The notes beneath the pieces are model-generated. The model had not been told where the DNA came from, searched no databases, and worked only from the letters and a program-made list of their open reading frames with translations. A stretch of 64,000 bases of DNA from a virus (Duplodnaviria > Caudoviricetes). Every line of letters begins with the position of its first letter. Position 1 is the stretch's first letter. Both the position numbers and the translations under genes were made by a program. The DNA lies in the IMG/VR virus record IMGVR_UViG_3300031992_000031, positions 69,462-133,461 of that record. One strand, given 5' to 3'. Of this stretch, positions 1 through 8,439 are shown one piece after another.

Positions 1-188
1 GTGATAATCCCGCAATGGAAGTATATAACTTGTTAGAAATGATGGATAGTTATCCAATGTATTCGCGTGCTCATCATTTAGCAAATTGTATGGGAATGGC
101 GCAAGTAAAAGATAAAGGAAAATTTATTAATGGTTTTAGAGAATGTAATAGGAATGCTGTAAACGTACCAACTATGGATAGGAGGTGA
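1..188 (+). CDS. 3' part of hypothetical early protein (truncated by window start)
   Basis: Open frame ...DNPAMEVYNLLEMMDSYP...PTMDRR ending at TGA 186-188. Confidence 0.5.
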   Translation, partial: DNPAMEVYNLLEMMDSYPMYSRAHHLANCMGMAQVKDKGKFINGFRECNRNAVNVPTMDRR

Positions 189-194
189 AAGAGG

Positions 195-371
195 ATGACC
201 ACAGAGGAATTGAAGAAATTTAAAAATGAAGTATTGTCTATAGCTGTTTTGCCTCCTTGGTGTGAAAGCATAGAAACATTAAAAATGTGGGTTGAGGGGT
301 TTGAAGCATGTCAAAGTCAAATTATTGAGATGATTGATTCGAAAATAAAAAATATGGATCAACAACATTGA
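195..371 (+). CDS. small hypothetical protein (58 aa)
   Basis: GGAGG/GAGG RBS, ATG at 195, MTTEELKKFKNEVLS...QQH, TGA; below the ORF-track cutoff. Confidence 0.55.
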   Translation: MTTEELKKFKNEVLSIAVLPPWCESIETLKMWVEGFEACQSQIIEMIDSKIKNMDQQH

Positions 372-465
372 AAAGACAGTGAAGTGAATGAGTAATATAT
401 TAATTTATTTATTATTTTTTATTGCTGGTATTCTTGTCGGCGCGGGTTTAGTAATATTAACTCAA

Positions 466-515
466 TAAATTTGAGGAGTTGAAACTTCAACCCCTCTTAT
501 TTGACTTTTGTAAAA
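466..515 (+). repeat. intergenic hairpin + TTGACT module, copy 1
   Basis: GAGGAGTTGAA-ac-TTCAACCCCTC hairpin followed by ttatTTGACTTTTGTAAAA; similar to 823-872. Confidence 0.55.
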
Positions 516-537
516 TGTATATTAGGAGGATCTAAAA

Positions 538-822
538 ATGTTTGAATCAAAAGAAATTCTAGAAGAAATGTTTCCAATTGGATATATTTATAAAGAAGAA
601 CAGGTGAATCAGCGCTTTTACTGCGCTGATGACGTAATCCTTGAAAAAATTAAAACTTATTATGGCTCTGAAAATGTAGAATGGATTTCGCCACATCATG
701 TAATGTATAAACATTATGTAGCCCATACAGTAGATGGATACATTTATGATGGAAAATACTGGTATCCTGCTACTAATGATGCCCAAGGATGGCATATAAT
801 TCCAAAAGAGCAGTTAAAGTAA
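538..822 (+). CDS. hypothetical protein (94 aa)
   Basis: AGGAGG RBS, ORF track. Confidence 0.7.
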   Translation: MFESKEILEEMFPIGYIYKEEQVNQRFYCADDVILEKIKTYYGSENVEWISPHHVMYKHYVAHTVDGYIYDGKYWYPATNDAQGWHIIPKEQLK

Positions 823-885
823 TAATTTAAGGGAGTCAAGACTCGACTCCTCTTACTTGACTTTTTATAAAAATTATACTATAAT
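823..885 (+). promoter_or_regulatory. hairpin + sigma70-type promoter (module copy 2)
   Basis: GGAGTC-aagactc-GACTCC hairpin, then TTGACT (857-862), 17 bp, TATAAT (880-885). Confidence 0.75.
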
Positions 886-912
886 ATATATAGATAGAAA
901 GGGGATATTTAT

Positions 913-1239
913 ATGGGAATGGATTTAAGTATCTATGCCGCGCCAAATCATGAAGTTTTTAATCATGATGGATGGTGGGAATCTGATAGCGTTGAAGAAA
1001 AATACTATGCTAGACGATATTGGGATTTAGTAAATCATTGTTCTTTTCTTGACAATTATACACCAGGGAGCTTTAAAGAACTAAATAAAAATAATATAGA
1101 AGAACTGGTTAAAATTGCCTGTGAATACCGTAATTATTGGTATACATATGATGATGTCCCGAAACTATGTGAATTGCGTGATGAATATGATTCAATTATA
1201 GAATCTGGTAAACATTTATACTTAGAGTATAATTACTAA
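913..1239 (+). CDS. hypothetical phage protein (108 aa)
   Basis: RBS AAAGGGG; MGMDLSIY start resembles common phage MGLD-type small proteins. Confidence 0.7.
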   Translation: MGMDLSIYAAPNHEVFNHDGWWESDSVEEKYYARRYWDLVNHCSFLDNYTPGSFKELNKNNIEELVKIACEYRNYWYTYDDVPKLCELRDEYDSIIESGKHLYLEYNY

Positions 1240-1241
1240 TA

Positions 1242-1266
1242 GCTTATCATTTGATAAGCATTTTTA
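1242..1266 (+). terminator. probable intrinsic terminator
   Basis: GCTTATCA-tt-TGATAAGC followed by a T-run. Confidence 0.5.
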
Positions 1267-1278
1267 TATATCGGAGGT

Positions 1279-1494
1279 GTGGGAATATTGATTGAGAAAA
1301 TTATAGAGCAATATAAAAAGTTTATGGAAGAGCATTATTCCAGTCAAGGTGAAGCCGCGGAAGATTTACATATTAGTCGTTCACATTTAAATAAAATAAT
1401 TAATCGCCGCGACAATCCTTCGCTTACTTTACTTATGAGAATGGAAGAGGTTATGGAAAATGGCAAATTTAAAAGCATTATCCCTAACCAGTGA
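1279..1494 (+). CDS. XRE/Cro-like helix-turn-helix regulator
   Basis: SQGEAAEDLHISRSHLNKIINRRDNPSLTLL is a typical XRE HTH. Confidence 0.8.
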   Translation: MGILIEKIIEQYKKFMEEHYSSQGEAAEDLHISRSHLNKIINRRDNPSLTLLMRMEEVMENGKFKSIIPNQ

Positions 1495-1792
1495 TATAGA
1501 TAAGAGTAAGTATGATGAAGGGGTTTATGGATATATTGCGCCAAAAATGTTTCAAAAAATCAATGAAAAAATTCCTGGTAAGAATGGAAATTGCCGTACA
1601 CTCCTATATTACTTAATTATGCAGAAACAAAATAGCGATTTCAAGCCTGCAGAAGATACTATTTGTAAAGCTTGCGGTTTTACTAGTACTTCTCGTTATA
1701 GAGAGGCTCGCGATAAATTATGTGAATGGGGTCTTATTACTCATATTCCATATAAAGAAATTAGAATAAATTATGAAAAGATAATGGAATAA
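1460..1792 (+). CDS. winged-helix DNA-binding protein, replication-initiator-like
   Basis: LLYYLIM...FKPAEDTICKACGF..SRYREARDKLCEWGLI resembles HTH_36/phage initiator N-terminal domains; immediately upstream of the iteron-like repeats. Confidence 0.55.
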   Translation: MANLKALSLTSDIDKSKYDEGVYGYIAPKMFQKINEKIPGKNGNCRTLLYYLIMQKQNSDFKPAEDTICKACGFTSTSRYREARDKLCEWGLITHIPYKEIRINYEKIME

Positions 1793-1965
1793 GTGACCGT
1801 TGAAAGGACGGACAGCCGCTGAACGGTCACTTAAATTTTACTATATCTATGGTGTCCGTTGAAAGGATGTACAACCGCTCAGCGATACGGAAGTGACCGG
1901 TGAACGGTCGTTGAAGTGTCCGTTGAGCGTACACATAACAAATAAAATATAATAAAACAAAATAA
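1791..1965. repeat. iteron-like repeat cluster plus AT-rich tract (putative replication origin)
   Basis: About seven copies of a CCG(T/C/G)T(G/C)A core, a 30-bp imperfect direct repeat (1793-1822 vs 1852-1881), inverted repeat AAGTGACCGTT/AACGGTCACTT, then an A-rich tract 1935-1965. Confidence 0.6.
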
Positions 1966-2012
1966 GCGTCGATGTGTGCCCTGGCGGGCACACCGCCGCG
2001 AAAGGGGCAAAT

Positions 2013-2249
2013 ATGAAAAACTTAACGGATAATAACTTTTTAAAAAATCAAACAAAAGAACAACTTATAATTTATCTTCATAATACAGAACTAGAGCTTG
2101 AGAGTTTACGTGATCGAATGTATAAAATAACAGGATGCCGTGATTTTGGTAATCTTGATGGAATGAATGGCACCTGTATTGATTGTTCTTATAATGAAAA
2201 AGAATTATTTGACAAATGTTGGAATTTTAAATTCAGTAAGGAGAAATAA
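2013..2249 (+). CDS. hypothetical protein
   Basis: Likely start ATG 2013 after AAAGGGG; C-terminal Cys cluster. Confidence 0.55.
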   Translation: MKNLTDNNFLKNQTKEQLIIYLHNTELELESLRDRMYKITGCRDFGNLDGMNGTCIDCSYNEKELFDKCWNFKFSKEK

Positions 2250-2456
2250 ATGAAAGTAAAAATTAAAATTTCTTACGAATGGGAAGAAGATATGACCGAA
2301 GCCTGGGAAGAGTGGAAATCCGATGGTTATTCTATTGAAGAATTTAAAGAAAAAGAAATATGTTATCAAGATACTATTTCACGATTAGATACCGCCGCGG
2401 ATAATCATATATGTTATGACTATAAAAGAAATTTAGAGGTAAAATGGGATGAGTAA
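2250..2456 (+). CDS. hypothetical protein (68 aa)
   Basis: AAGGAG RBS, ORF track. Confidence 0.6.
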   Translation: MKVKIKISYEWEEDMTEAWEEWKSDGYSIEEFKEKEICYQDTISRLDTAADNHICYDYKRNLEVKWDE

Positions 2457-2805
2457 AACAAATTGTTGTAACTGTGGTGCTGCTCTTGATATCTTTGCGC
2501 CAAAATGTGAATATTGTGGTACAAAGAATATTAATATGACTGATATCGATTTAGCTTCTGGCGAAGCCGCGAATTTCATTTTCAAATTACCAAATAATAT
2601 TAGTGTCAATGGTAATATATATATGTCTATGCTTGCTGTGCCAGAACTAAAAACATTAGAAATGACAAGTGAACCAATAAATATATATGGCGGTTGGAGC
2701 GATACTAAATTAGGCTATATAAATAGTTATTCATTAGAAATGGGACTAAATTTACGTGCTGTAAATCGTCCAGATAATTCTCTTTGTTATTTGACAACTA
2801 AATAA
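2449..2805 (+). CDS. zinc-ribbon protein
   Basis: N-terminal CxxC...CxxC (NCCNCGA...KCEYCG). Confidence 0.65.
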   Translation: MSKTNCCNCGAALDIFAPKCEYCGTKNINMTDIDLASGEAANFIFKLPNNISVNGNIYMSMLAVPELKTLEMTSEPINIYGGWSDTKLGYINSYSLEMGLNLRAVNRPDNSLCYLTTK

Positions 2806-2819
2806 AATTATGATATAAT
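2791..2819 (+). promoter_or_regulatory. sigma70-type promoter
   Basis: TTGACA, 17 bp, TGnTATAAT. Confidence 0.8.
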
Positions 2820-2841
2820 AAAAGAAAAAGAGGTATACAAA

Positions 2842-3273
2842 ATGGAAATTAATGCCGAAATGAACAAAGTATTTGGACAAGAGATGGCTAAACTTTTTGC
2901 CGCGACTATTGATGAAAAAGAATTAAAGGAAAAAGCGCAGCAAGTCTGGCGCGAAATGAATCATCAAGAAAGATCCTATTATAATCCTAGGACTAATTCA
3001 AGAATTGAAAGATATATCGAAGATCAGATACTTAATCGTCTTTATGAAAAAATCGAAACTATTCTAAAAGAACCAATTAATGAAGAGGTGCTTGAAAAGA
3101 AAGCGCGAGAAATAGTTGATAAAGCTAGACGTGCAGGAGAAGAAGCAATTATACGAGATATGGCTCACCATATGGCAAATAATGCTTTATCTATATATGG
3201 TCGTAATGAAAGTATTGTTCAAGAAATACTATCAGAAATGAGTCTACAAAAAGAAAATAATAGAATATACTAA
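2842..3273 (+). CDS. hypothetical protein (143 aa)
   Basis: GAGGT RBS, downstream of a promoter. Confidence 0.7.
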   Translation: MEINAEMNKVFGQEMAKLFAATIDEKELKEKAQQVWREMNHQERSYYNPRTNSRIERYIEDQILNRLYEKIETILKEPINEEVLEKKAREIVDKARRAGEEAIIRDMAHHMANNALSIYGRNESIVQEILSEMSLQKENNRIY

Positions 3274-3289
3274 CAGGCGGTGAAGTGGA

Positions 3290-3595
3290 ATGCGTGAATT
3301 AATATATCGTGATGATTGTGATCTCAATGCGCCATCTATGGATAGAGATGGCATGATACGTGATTTAATGAATGAATATTCTTTAAATTGGGAAGAATGC
3401 GATGAAGAGAAAGTCTTTGAATTCGCAAAAGAACTTATGGAGAAGGCACAAAATGTAATTAATACTGCACCTACCATTACCACAGATGAAGTAATTGCTT
3501 ATAAATGTCCTGAATGCAAAACAGTTAGTATCTTATATAATAACGATGAATTCTGTCCTGTTTGCGGTATTAGGAGGAAATATGGAAATTATTGA
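3290..3595 (+). CDS. hypothetical protein with C-terminal zinc ribbon
   Basis: APTI...YKCPEC...FCPVCG motif common in Bacillota phages. Confidence 0.65.
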   Translation: MRELIYRDDCDLNAPSMDRDGMIRDLMNEYSLNWEECDEEKVFEFAKELMEKAQNVINTAPTITTDEVIAYKCPECKTVSILYNNDEFCPVCGIRRKYGNY

Positions 3596-3908
3596 AACTA
3601 TTCCTATTTATGGCCCACCAATTTGGCCAGTTATTACTATTGTTATTGGTATTATAATTACAATTATCTCTATCTCGGCTTTACGTGATACCGAATATGT
3701 AGGAATAATTGTAGCTCTTATTGCTATTATAATTATATTAACTGGAATAATCTCTCTGATTATTTTACGGGAAAGTGAATTTGATCATAATGAATATGTA
3801 GTACGTATTACTGATATGCCAACTCAGGAATTTATAGAAAAATATGAAATAACAAAACATTTTGACTACTCTGATGTAATTCAAGTAAAGGAGATTGAAA
3901 ATAAATGA
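3582..3908 (+). CDS. two-TM membrane protein
   Basis: AGGAGG RBS before ATG 3582; two hydrophobic segments. Confidence 0.65.
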   Translation: MEIIETIPIYGPPIWPVITIVIGIIITIISISALRDTEYVGIIVALIAIIIILTGIISLIILRESEFDHNEYVVRITDMPTQEFIEKYEITKHFDYSDVIQVKEIENK

Positions 3909-4195
3909 AAGTAATTGCTCGCCCGCTAGGTACGGGTAAAACTAAAGAACTAATGGATATGGCACTTGAGGCTGATGGTATTATTCTTACTACAAATAAA
4001 CGAGCACTTCAAGTAAAAGCAGAAGCTTATGGCTTTGATTCTCTATGCATTATTGACCTTGCTGATTTATTTTATGGTGATTTTGACCATACTAAGCCGC
4101 TATTTGTGCATAAACTTGATGATGTTATGCAAGAATATTTTAAGGCAGATTTTGATCTCGATCTGCAAGGATTTAGTGTTAGAATGGGAGATTAA
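3905..4195 (+). CDS. small P-loop NTPase-like protein
   Basis: N-terminal ARPLGTGKT Walker A. Confidence 0.55.
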   Translation: MKVIARPLGTGKTKELMDMALEADGIILTTNKRALQVKAEAYGFDSLCIIDLADLFYGDFDHTKPLFVHKLDDVMQEYFKADFDLDLQGFSVRMGD

Positions 4196-4196
4196 T

Positions 4197-4610
4197 ATGT
4201 TTTATAGTTATAAAGATGGTATAAATACAACAATATGTTCTTCAGATGAACTAACAGAGTTAGTACATAATACCGTTAAATATTACGAAGAAAAGGTTGA
4301 AAAACTAATAAAGAAAAATAAACAATTATATTCAGATGCAGAATCTATTGTAAGAAAAGATTATGAAAAGCAAATTAATAGTCTTAAAGAACAATTAAGT
4401 CTATCATATGGTAAGTTTGCTTCACGAAAAGAAAAAGAAGCATATAAACAGTTCGCGGAAAAGCATATGCATGATAGACAAACATCTATATATAACGGCG
4501 GCCGTGCGCCTTATGTAATTCCAACTGGAACTGGTGTTGGTACTATTTTTAAGGTGATATGCCCCATTTGCGGGGAATCAAAGGATATTACAGATACAAA
4601 TGTGTGGTGA
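4197..4610 (+). CDS. hypothetical protein (coiled coil, C-terminal CPICG)
   Basis: GGGAG RBS before ATG 4197; PTGTGVG..VICPICGESKDITD tail. Confidence 0.65.
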   Translation: MFYSYKDGINTTICSSDELTELVHNTVKYYEEKVEKLIKKNKQLYSDAESIVRKDYEKQINSLKEQLSLSYGKFASRKEKEAYKQFAEKHMHDRQTSIYNGGRAPYVIPTGTGVGTIFKVICPICGESKDITDTNVW

Positions 4611-4616
4611 TGTTAT

Positions 4617-5012
4617 ATGGAAAAATATGATTATAAGCGCGCTCTTATAAATGATCTTAAAGATTGGATAGTAAATAATACTGATATTATGGAAACCAGT
4701 ATTGAAGATGGGCTTAGTGATGATATATTTAATTGGATTTATGATGAAACCTGGGGTGAAGATGAAATAACAGGCAATGGAATTTTTGGATATGCACCCG
4801 CAAGTAAATGTGAAGAATATCTTGCTGGTAATCTTCATCTCGCACTTGAAGCGCTAGACTCATTTGGAGCATCATTTAAAGACTTACTACCAAAAGCTAA
4901 TGATGAGTTTATTCGTTATCTAGATTGTACTATTAGATGTTATCTTCTAATGGATTGTATTTATATTGCCGTGGAGGAACTTAAAAATGAAATGGGAAGA
5001 TTATCAAAATAA
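4617..5012 (+). CDS. hypothetical phage protein (131 aa)
   Basis: ORF track; DEITGNG and DCTIRCYLL motifs. Confidence 0.65.
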   Translation: MEKYDYKRALINDLKDWIVNNTDIMETSIEDGLSDDIFNWIYDETWGEDEITGNGIFGYAPASKCEEYLAGNLHLALEALDSFGASFKDLLPKANDEFIRYLDCTIRCYLLMDCIYIAVEELKNEMGRLSK

Positions 5013-5169
5013 TCAATGGGAACTATATCAAAACCGTGAGAAAACAGATATTGAATGTCCTAAATGCGGCGCTCTGCTTTGGCGCCGAACAGATATGGTT
5101 CTTACAAGTTATCCGCCTCAGTTTAGATATGAATGCGATGCTTGCGGATGGGCGGGAAGTGGAAAATGA
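4987..5169 (+). CDS. small zinc-ribbon protein
   Basis: IECPKCG...LTSYPPQFRYECDACGW. Confidence 0.6.
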   Translation: MKWEDYQNNQWELYQNREKTDIECPKCGALLWRRTDMVLTSYPPQFRYECDACGWAGSGK

Positions 5170-5372
5170 CTGTAAAAGATTTAATTGATGAATTAAAAGA
5201 AATGCCGCAAGATTGGCCTGTATGTATTGACGACTATATAGGTTCTATTGAATCCACTGAGGAAACTATTAAAATAGAAAAGAAAAAGTATATTACTTTT
5301 CCTTTTACTAACAATGATGAATTTAATTATATAAATTTAAGAGGGCAAAAATTTGACTACTACCCTTACTGA
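5166..5372 (+). CDS. small hypothetical protein (MTVKDLIDELKEMPQD family)
   Basis: Overlapping ATGA start; N-terminus paralogous to 19950-20117. Confidence 0.6.
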   Translation: MTVKDLIDELKEMPQDWPVCIDDYIGSIESTEETIKIEKKKYITFPFTNNDEFNYINLRGQKFDYYPY

Positions 5373-5463
5373 TACTAATGAATTTAATTATATAAATTTA
5401 ATAGATAAAAGATTTAATTATTAATTTATTGTGAGTCAAATATTTAATAAACAAGACAGAGGT

Positions 5464-5491
5464 TTGACTTTTATAAAAATTATGTTATAAT
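5464..5491 (+). promoter_or_regulatory. sigma70-type promoter for nuclease/MTase pair
   Basis: TTGACT, 16 bp, TGnTATAAT. Confidence 0.65.
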
Positions 5492-5559
5492 AAATATAGA
5501 AAGGGAACAAGATGATGTTTAACTTTCATAAAATTTTTATAATATAAAGGAGAAAAAAT

Positions 5560-5979
5560 ATGACTCACGCTACTAGAAACACTACAACCGGACTACAGTT
5601 TGAAGAACAGGTACAAGTTAAATCTGAAGGTATTAATCTTACTAAATACAATCTTTATAAATATCTTGACCAAAATAAAATTAATTGGAAAGATATTATT
5701 AGTAAGAAATTGCTTCCAGATGAAGCTTACTTTAATCCAAAAACTAAAGAACTTAAAATTTATGAAAAAAAATTTCAGCAGACGGCAGGCTCTGCAGATG
5801 AAAAACCTCAGACTTGTGCTTTTAAAATTTATCAGTTTAGAAAAATTGGTAAAGCGATAGGCGCAGAAAAGGTTACTTATACTTATCTTTTAAGTTCTTG
5901 GTTTGCTAAACCTGAATATAAGGATATGCTTGATTATATCAAATCTGTAGAAGGATGTGATTATAAAATTATGGAGTGA
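5560..5979 (+). CDS. PD-(D/E)XK nuclease, restriction-endonuclease-like
   Basis: GLQFEE...LLPDEAYF...IYEKKFQQTAGSADEK shows E...PD...ExK catalytic spacing. Confidence 0.65.
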   Translation: MTHATRNTTTGLQFEEQVQVKSEGINLTKYNLYKYLDQNKINWKDIISKKLLPDEAYFNPKTKELKIYEKKFQQTAGSADEKPQTCAFKIYQFRKIGKAIGAEKVTYTYLLSSWFAKPEYKDMLDYIKSVEGCDYKIME

Positions 5980-5983
5980 TATT

Positions 5984-6511
5984 ATGGCTTTAAATAAAGG
6001 ATATTTAACTGCAAAAACCGATAAGGCTTCAGATGAAGTATATACACCAGCCTACGCGGTAAAACCAATTTTAAAATACATTAAACCTAATGATATAGTA
6101 TGGTGTCCATTTGATATGAATGATAGCGAATATGTTCAATTAATTCGTGCAAATGGAAATAAAGTAATTGCAACTCATATAGATACCGGTGAAAATTTTT
6201 TTGAATATGAACCTGAAGAACATTATGATGTAATTATTTCTAATCCCCCATTTTCTATTAAAGATGATATTATTAAGCATCTATATGAAATTGATAAACC
6301 TTATGCTATGTTGTTGCCAATTCCTTCGTTACAAGGACAAAAACGCTTCCAATACATGAAGGATTGTCAAGCTCTTATCTTTGATAAGCGCGTGAACTAC
6401 TACACAGACCCAACTAAGAAGGAAGTACAAAAAGGTGTTAGTTTTGGTTCGTTCTATCTTTGTCGAAACTTTTTACCTAAAGATTTAATTTTTGAAGAAC
6501 TAGAAGTTTGA
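5984..6511 (+). CDS. DNA N6-adenine methyltransferase (short phage type)
   Basis: DEVYTP, WCPFD and ISNPPFS (motif IV); ATG 5984 has the better RBS. Confidence 0.8.
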   Translation: MALNKGYLTAKTDKASDEVYTPAYAVKPILKYIKPNDIVWCPFDMNDSEYVQLIRANGNKVIATHIDTGENFFEYEPEEHYDVIISNPPFSIKDDIIKHLYEIDKPYAMLLPIPSLQGQKRFQYMKDCQALIFDKRVNYYTDPTKKEVQKGVSFGSFYLCRNFLPKDLIFEELEV

Positions 6512-6536
6512 CTTCTAGTTCAATTTATGTTATAAT
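6508..6536 (+). promoter_or_regulatory. sigma70-type promoter of topoisomerase operon, -35 inside an inverted repeat
   Basis: TTGACT, 17 bp, TGnTATAAT; GAACTAGAAGT-ttg-ACTTCTAGTTC spans the -35. Confidence 0.7.
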
Positions 6537-6567
6537 TAAATGTAAAGAGAAAGAAGGATGTGATGAA

Positions 6568-8439
6568 ATGCCAGAACAAGCATATGATATAAATTCAATT
6601 CAAAGTCTAGATTTTCGTGAAGGCGTTCGCACCCGTATACAAATGTATCTTGGTAGCGATGATATTGAAGGAACTTATCAGGCTTTGAAGGAAATCATCA
6701 ATAATAGTACAGATGAAGCATTAGCTGGATATGGCAATAAAATTGAAATTATGCTACATTCTGATAGAAATGGTATCCGCGTGCGTGACTATGGCCGTGG
6801 AGTTCCTTTTGGAATTCGTGAAGATGGAGAAAATGTTTTGGTATCCATCTATACAAAATCCCATACCGGTGGAAAATTTGACCATAACGTTTATAAAAAT
6901 GCCAGCGGGCTAAATGGCATTGGTGGCTCTTGTGTTTGTCTTTCTTCTTCATATTTTGAAATTACAAGTATTAGAGACGGCAAAAAGGCACAAGCAATAT
7001 TCAAGGAAGGAAACCTTGTATCCTATAAAGAGTCATCAGAAAAAGTTTTAAAAAGCGGTACAGATATTTATTTTGAACCAGACCCAAAAGTTTTTTCTAA
7101 TGGAGAAATACAATATGACTATGCTCGAATTTGTCAAGACATTGAAAATATTTCGTATCTATATCCTGGAATCACTTTTGTTGTAGAAGATAAGATATCT
7201 GGCGCAAAAAATACTTATTGCGCGAAAAATGGCATAATTGATTTTGTATCACAGGCTATAAAGAAACCATTACACAAACATATTATTACTGGTTCAGCTA
7301 CAGATGGAACAGATTCGCTTGAGATTGCTTTTCAATGGGGAACTCGTCATGAAACGGCATATGTATTTGTAAATGGTTTACGGTGTCCCGAAGGAGGTAG
7401 TCCCATTACGGGTGCTCGTGCCGCAATTACAAAGACATTTAATACTCTTGCGAATGCTTCTTTTGATGGAGAATATATTCGTAAAAATTTATTCTATGTT
7501 ATTAATTGCAATGTAGAAAATCCATCTTTTGCTAATCAGACAAAATCTAAAATAAATAATGCTTCTTTGCGGACATTGGCTTCTACCGCATTTACTAATG
7601 CTTTAAAGGATATGAATACTCAATATCCAAGCGAGTTTAATGTAGTGGCAGAAATGCTTACTAAGATTGAAAAAGCAGAAGCCGCTGCAACTCGTGCTCG
7701 TGAAGCCATTATGAATCATGAGAAAGAGATGGCTACCGCCGCGAAGAAGAAAGTTATTGATAATGATAAACTTCTTGAAGCGCGTAAATTAGGTGATGAT
7801 GCAATGCTTGTACTAGTTGAGGGTGAAAGCGCAGGCGGATCGGTAGCAAATGGACGACAAAAAGCTCCTGGTGGAGAAAAAGTTGGTATCCTTAAGTTAC
7901 GCGGAAAAGCAATTAATGCGCTCGCAAATCCGATAGATAAGGTACTTGAAAATGAAGAAGTAAAGTTATTATTGCAAGCATTAGGAATTACTTATGGACA
8001 AAAATATAACAGTAAGAAATTAAGATATGGAAAGATTGCAATTTGCTCTGACGCAGACTTCGATGGTTCTCATATTGGATTACTAGTTATGGCAATCATT
8101 CAAAAACTTTGTCCAGAATTTATACAAGAAGGTAGACTATACTGGTTAAAAGCGCCTGTATGTAAGTTAGAAAGTAAAGGAAAAACCTACTATTACTATA
8201 CGGAAGAAGAAGTTGAGAACCGTAAGGAAACAAGCGGTGAAATGACATTCTTCAAAGGTATAGGTCAAATGCAGAAAAAAGATTTACAGGAGTCACTTTT
8301 TAGTCCTGCAAATCAGCATCTTGAACAACTTAAACCCACAGGAGATGGAGTAGAAGTATTACTTGAACTTATGGGTGAAGATGTACAGCCGAGAAAAGAT
8401 TATGTACAAGGAATTGACTTTGGAGGATTTAGATTATGA
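6568..8439 (+). CDS. gyrB: type IIA topoisomerase subunit B (GyrB/ParE-like)
   Basis: GHKL motifs (EIINNSTDE, DYGRGVP, HTGGKF, GLNGIG) and TOPRIM motifs (VEGESAGG, LRGK, DADFDGSHI). Start corrected to ATG 6568. Confidence 0.92.
   Translation: MPEQAYDINSIQSLDFREGVRTRIQMYLGSDDIEGTYQALKEIINNSTDEALAGYGNKIEIMLHSDRNGIRVRDYGRGVPFGIREDGENVLVSIYTKSHTGGKFDHNVYKNASGLNGIGGSCVCLSSSYFEITSIRDGKKAQAIFKEGNLVSYKESSEKVLKSGTDIYFEPDPKVFSNGEIQYDYARICQDIENISYLYPGITFVVEDKISGAKNTYCAKNGIIDFVSQAIKKPLHKHIITGSATDGTDSLEIAFQWGTRHETAYVFVNGLRCPEGGSPITGARAAITKTFNTLANASFDGEYIRKNLFYVINCNVENPSFANQTKSKINNASLRTLASTAFTNALKDMNTQYPSEFNVVAEMLTKIEKAEAAATRAREAIMNHEKEMATAAKKKVIDNDKLLEARKLGDDAMLVLVEGESAGGSVANGRQKAPGGEKVGILKLRGKAINALANPIDKVLENEEVKLLLQALGITYGQKYNSKKLRYGKIAICSDADFDGSHIGLLVMAIIQKLCPEFIQEGRLYWLKAPVCKLESKGKTYYYYTEEEVENRKETSGEMTFFKGIGQMQKKDLQESLFSPANQHLEQLKPTGDGVEVLLELMGEDVQPRKDYVQGIDFGGFRL

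Noticed and set aside
1791-1932. CRISPR array
   Set aside because: Repeats are short, degenerate and irregularly spaced, without unique equal-length spacers; no cas genes in the window.
6508-6567. TTG start for the topoisomerase B gene
   Set aside because: This is the -35 box of the promoter; homology and RBS point to ATG 6568.
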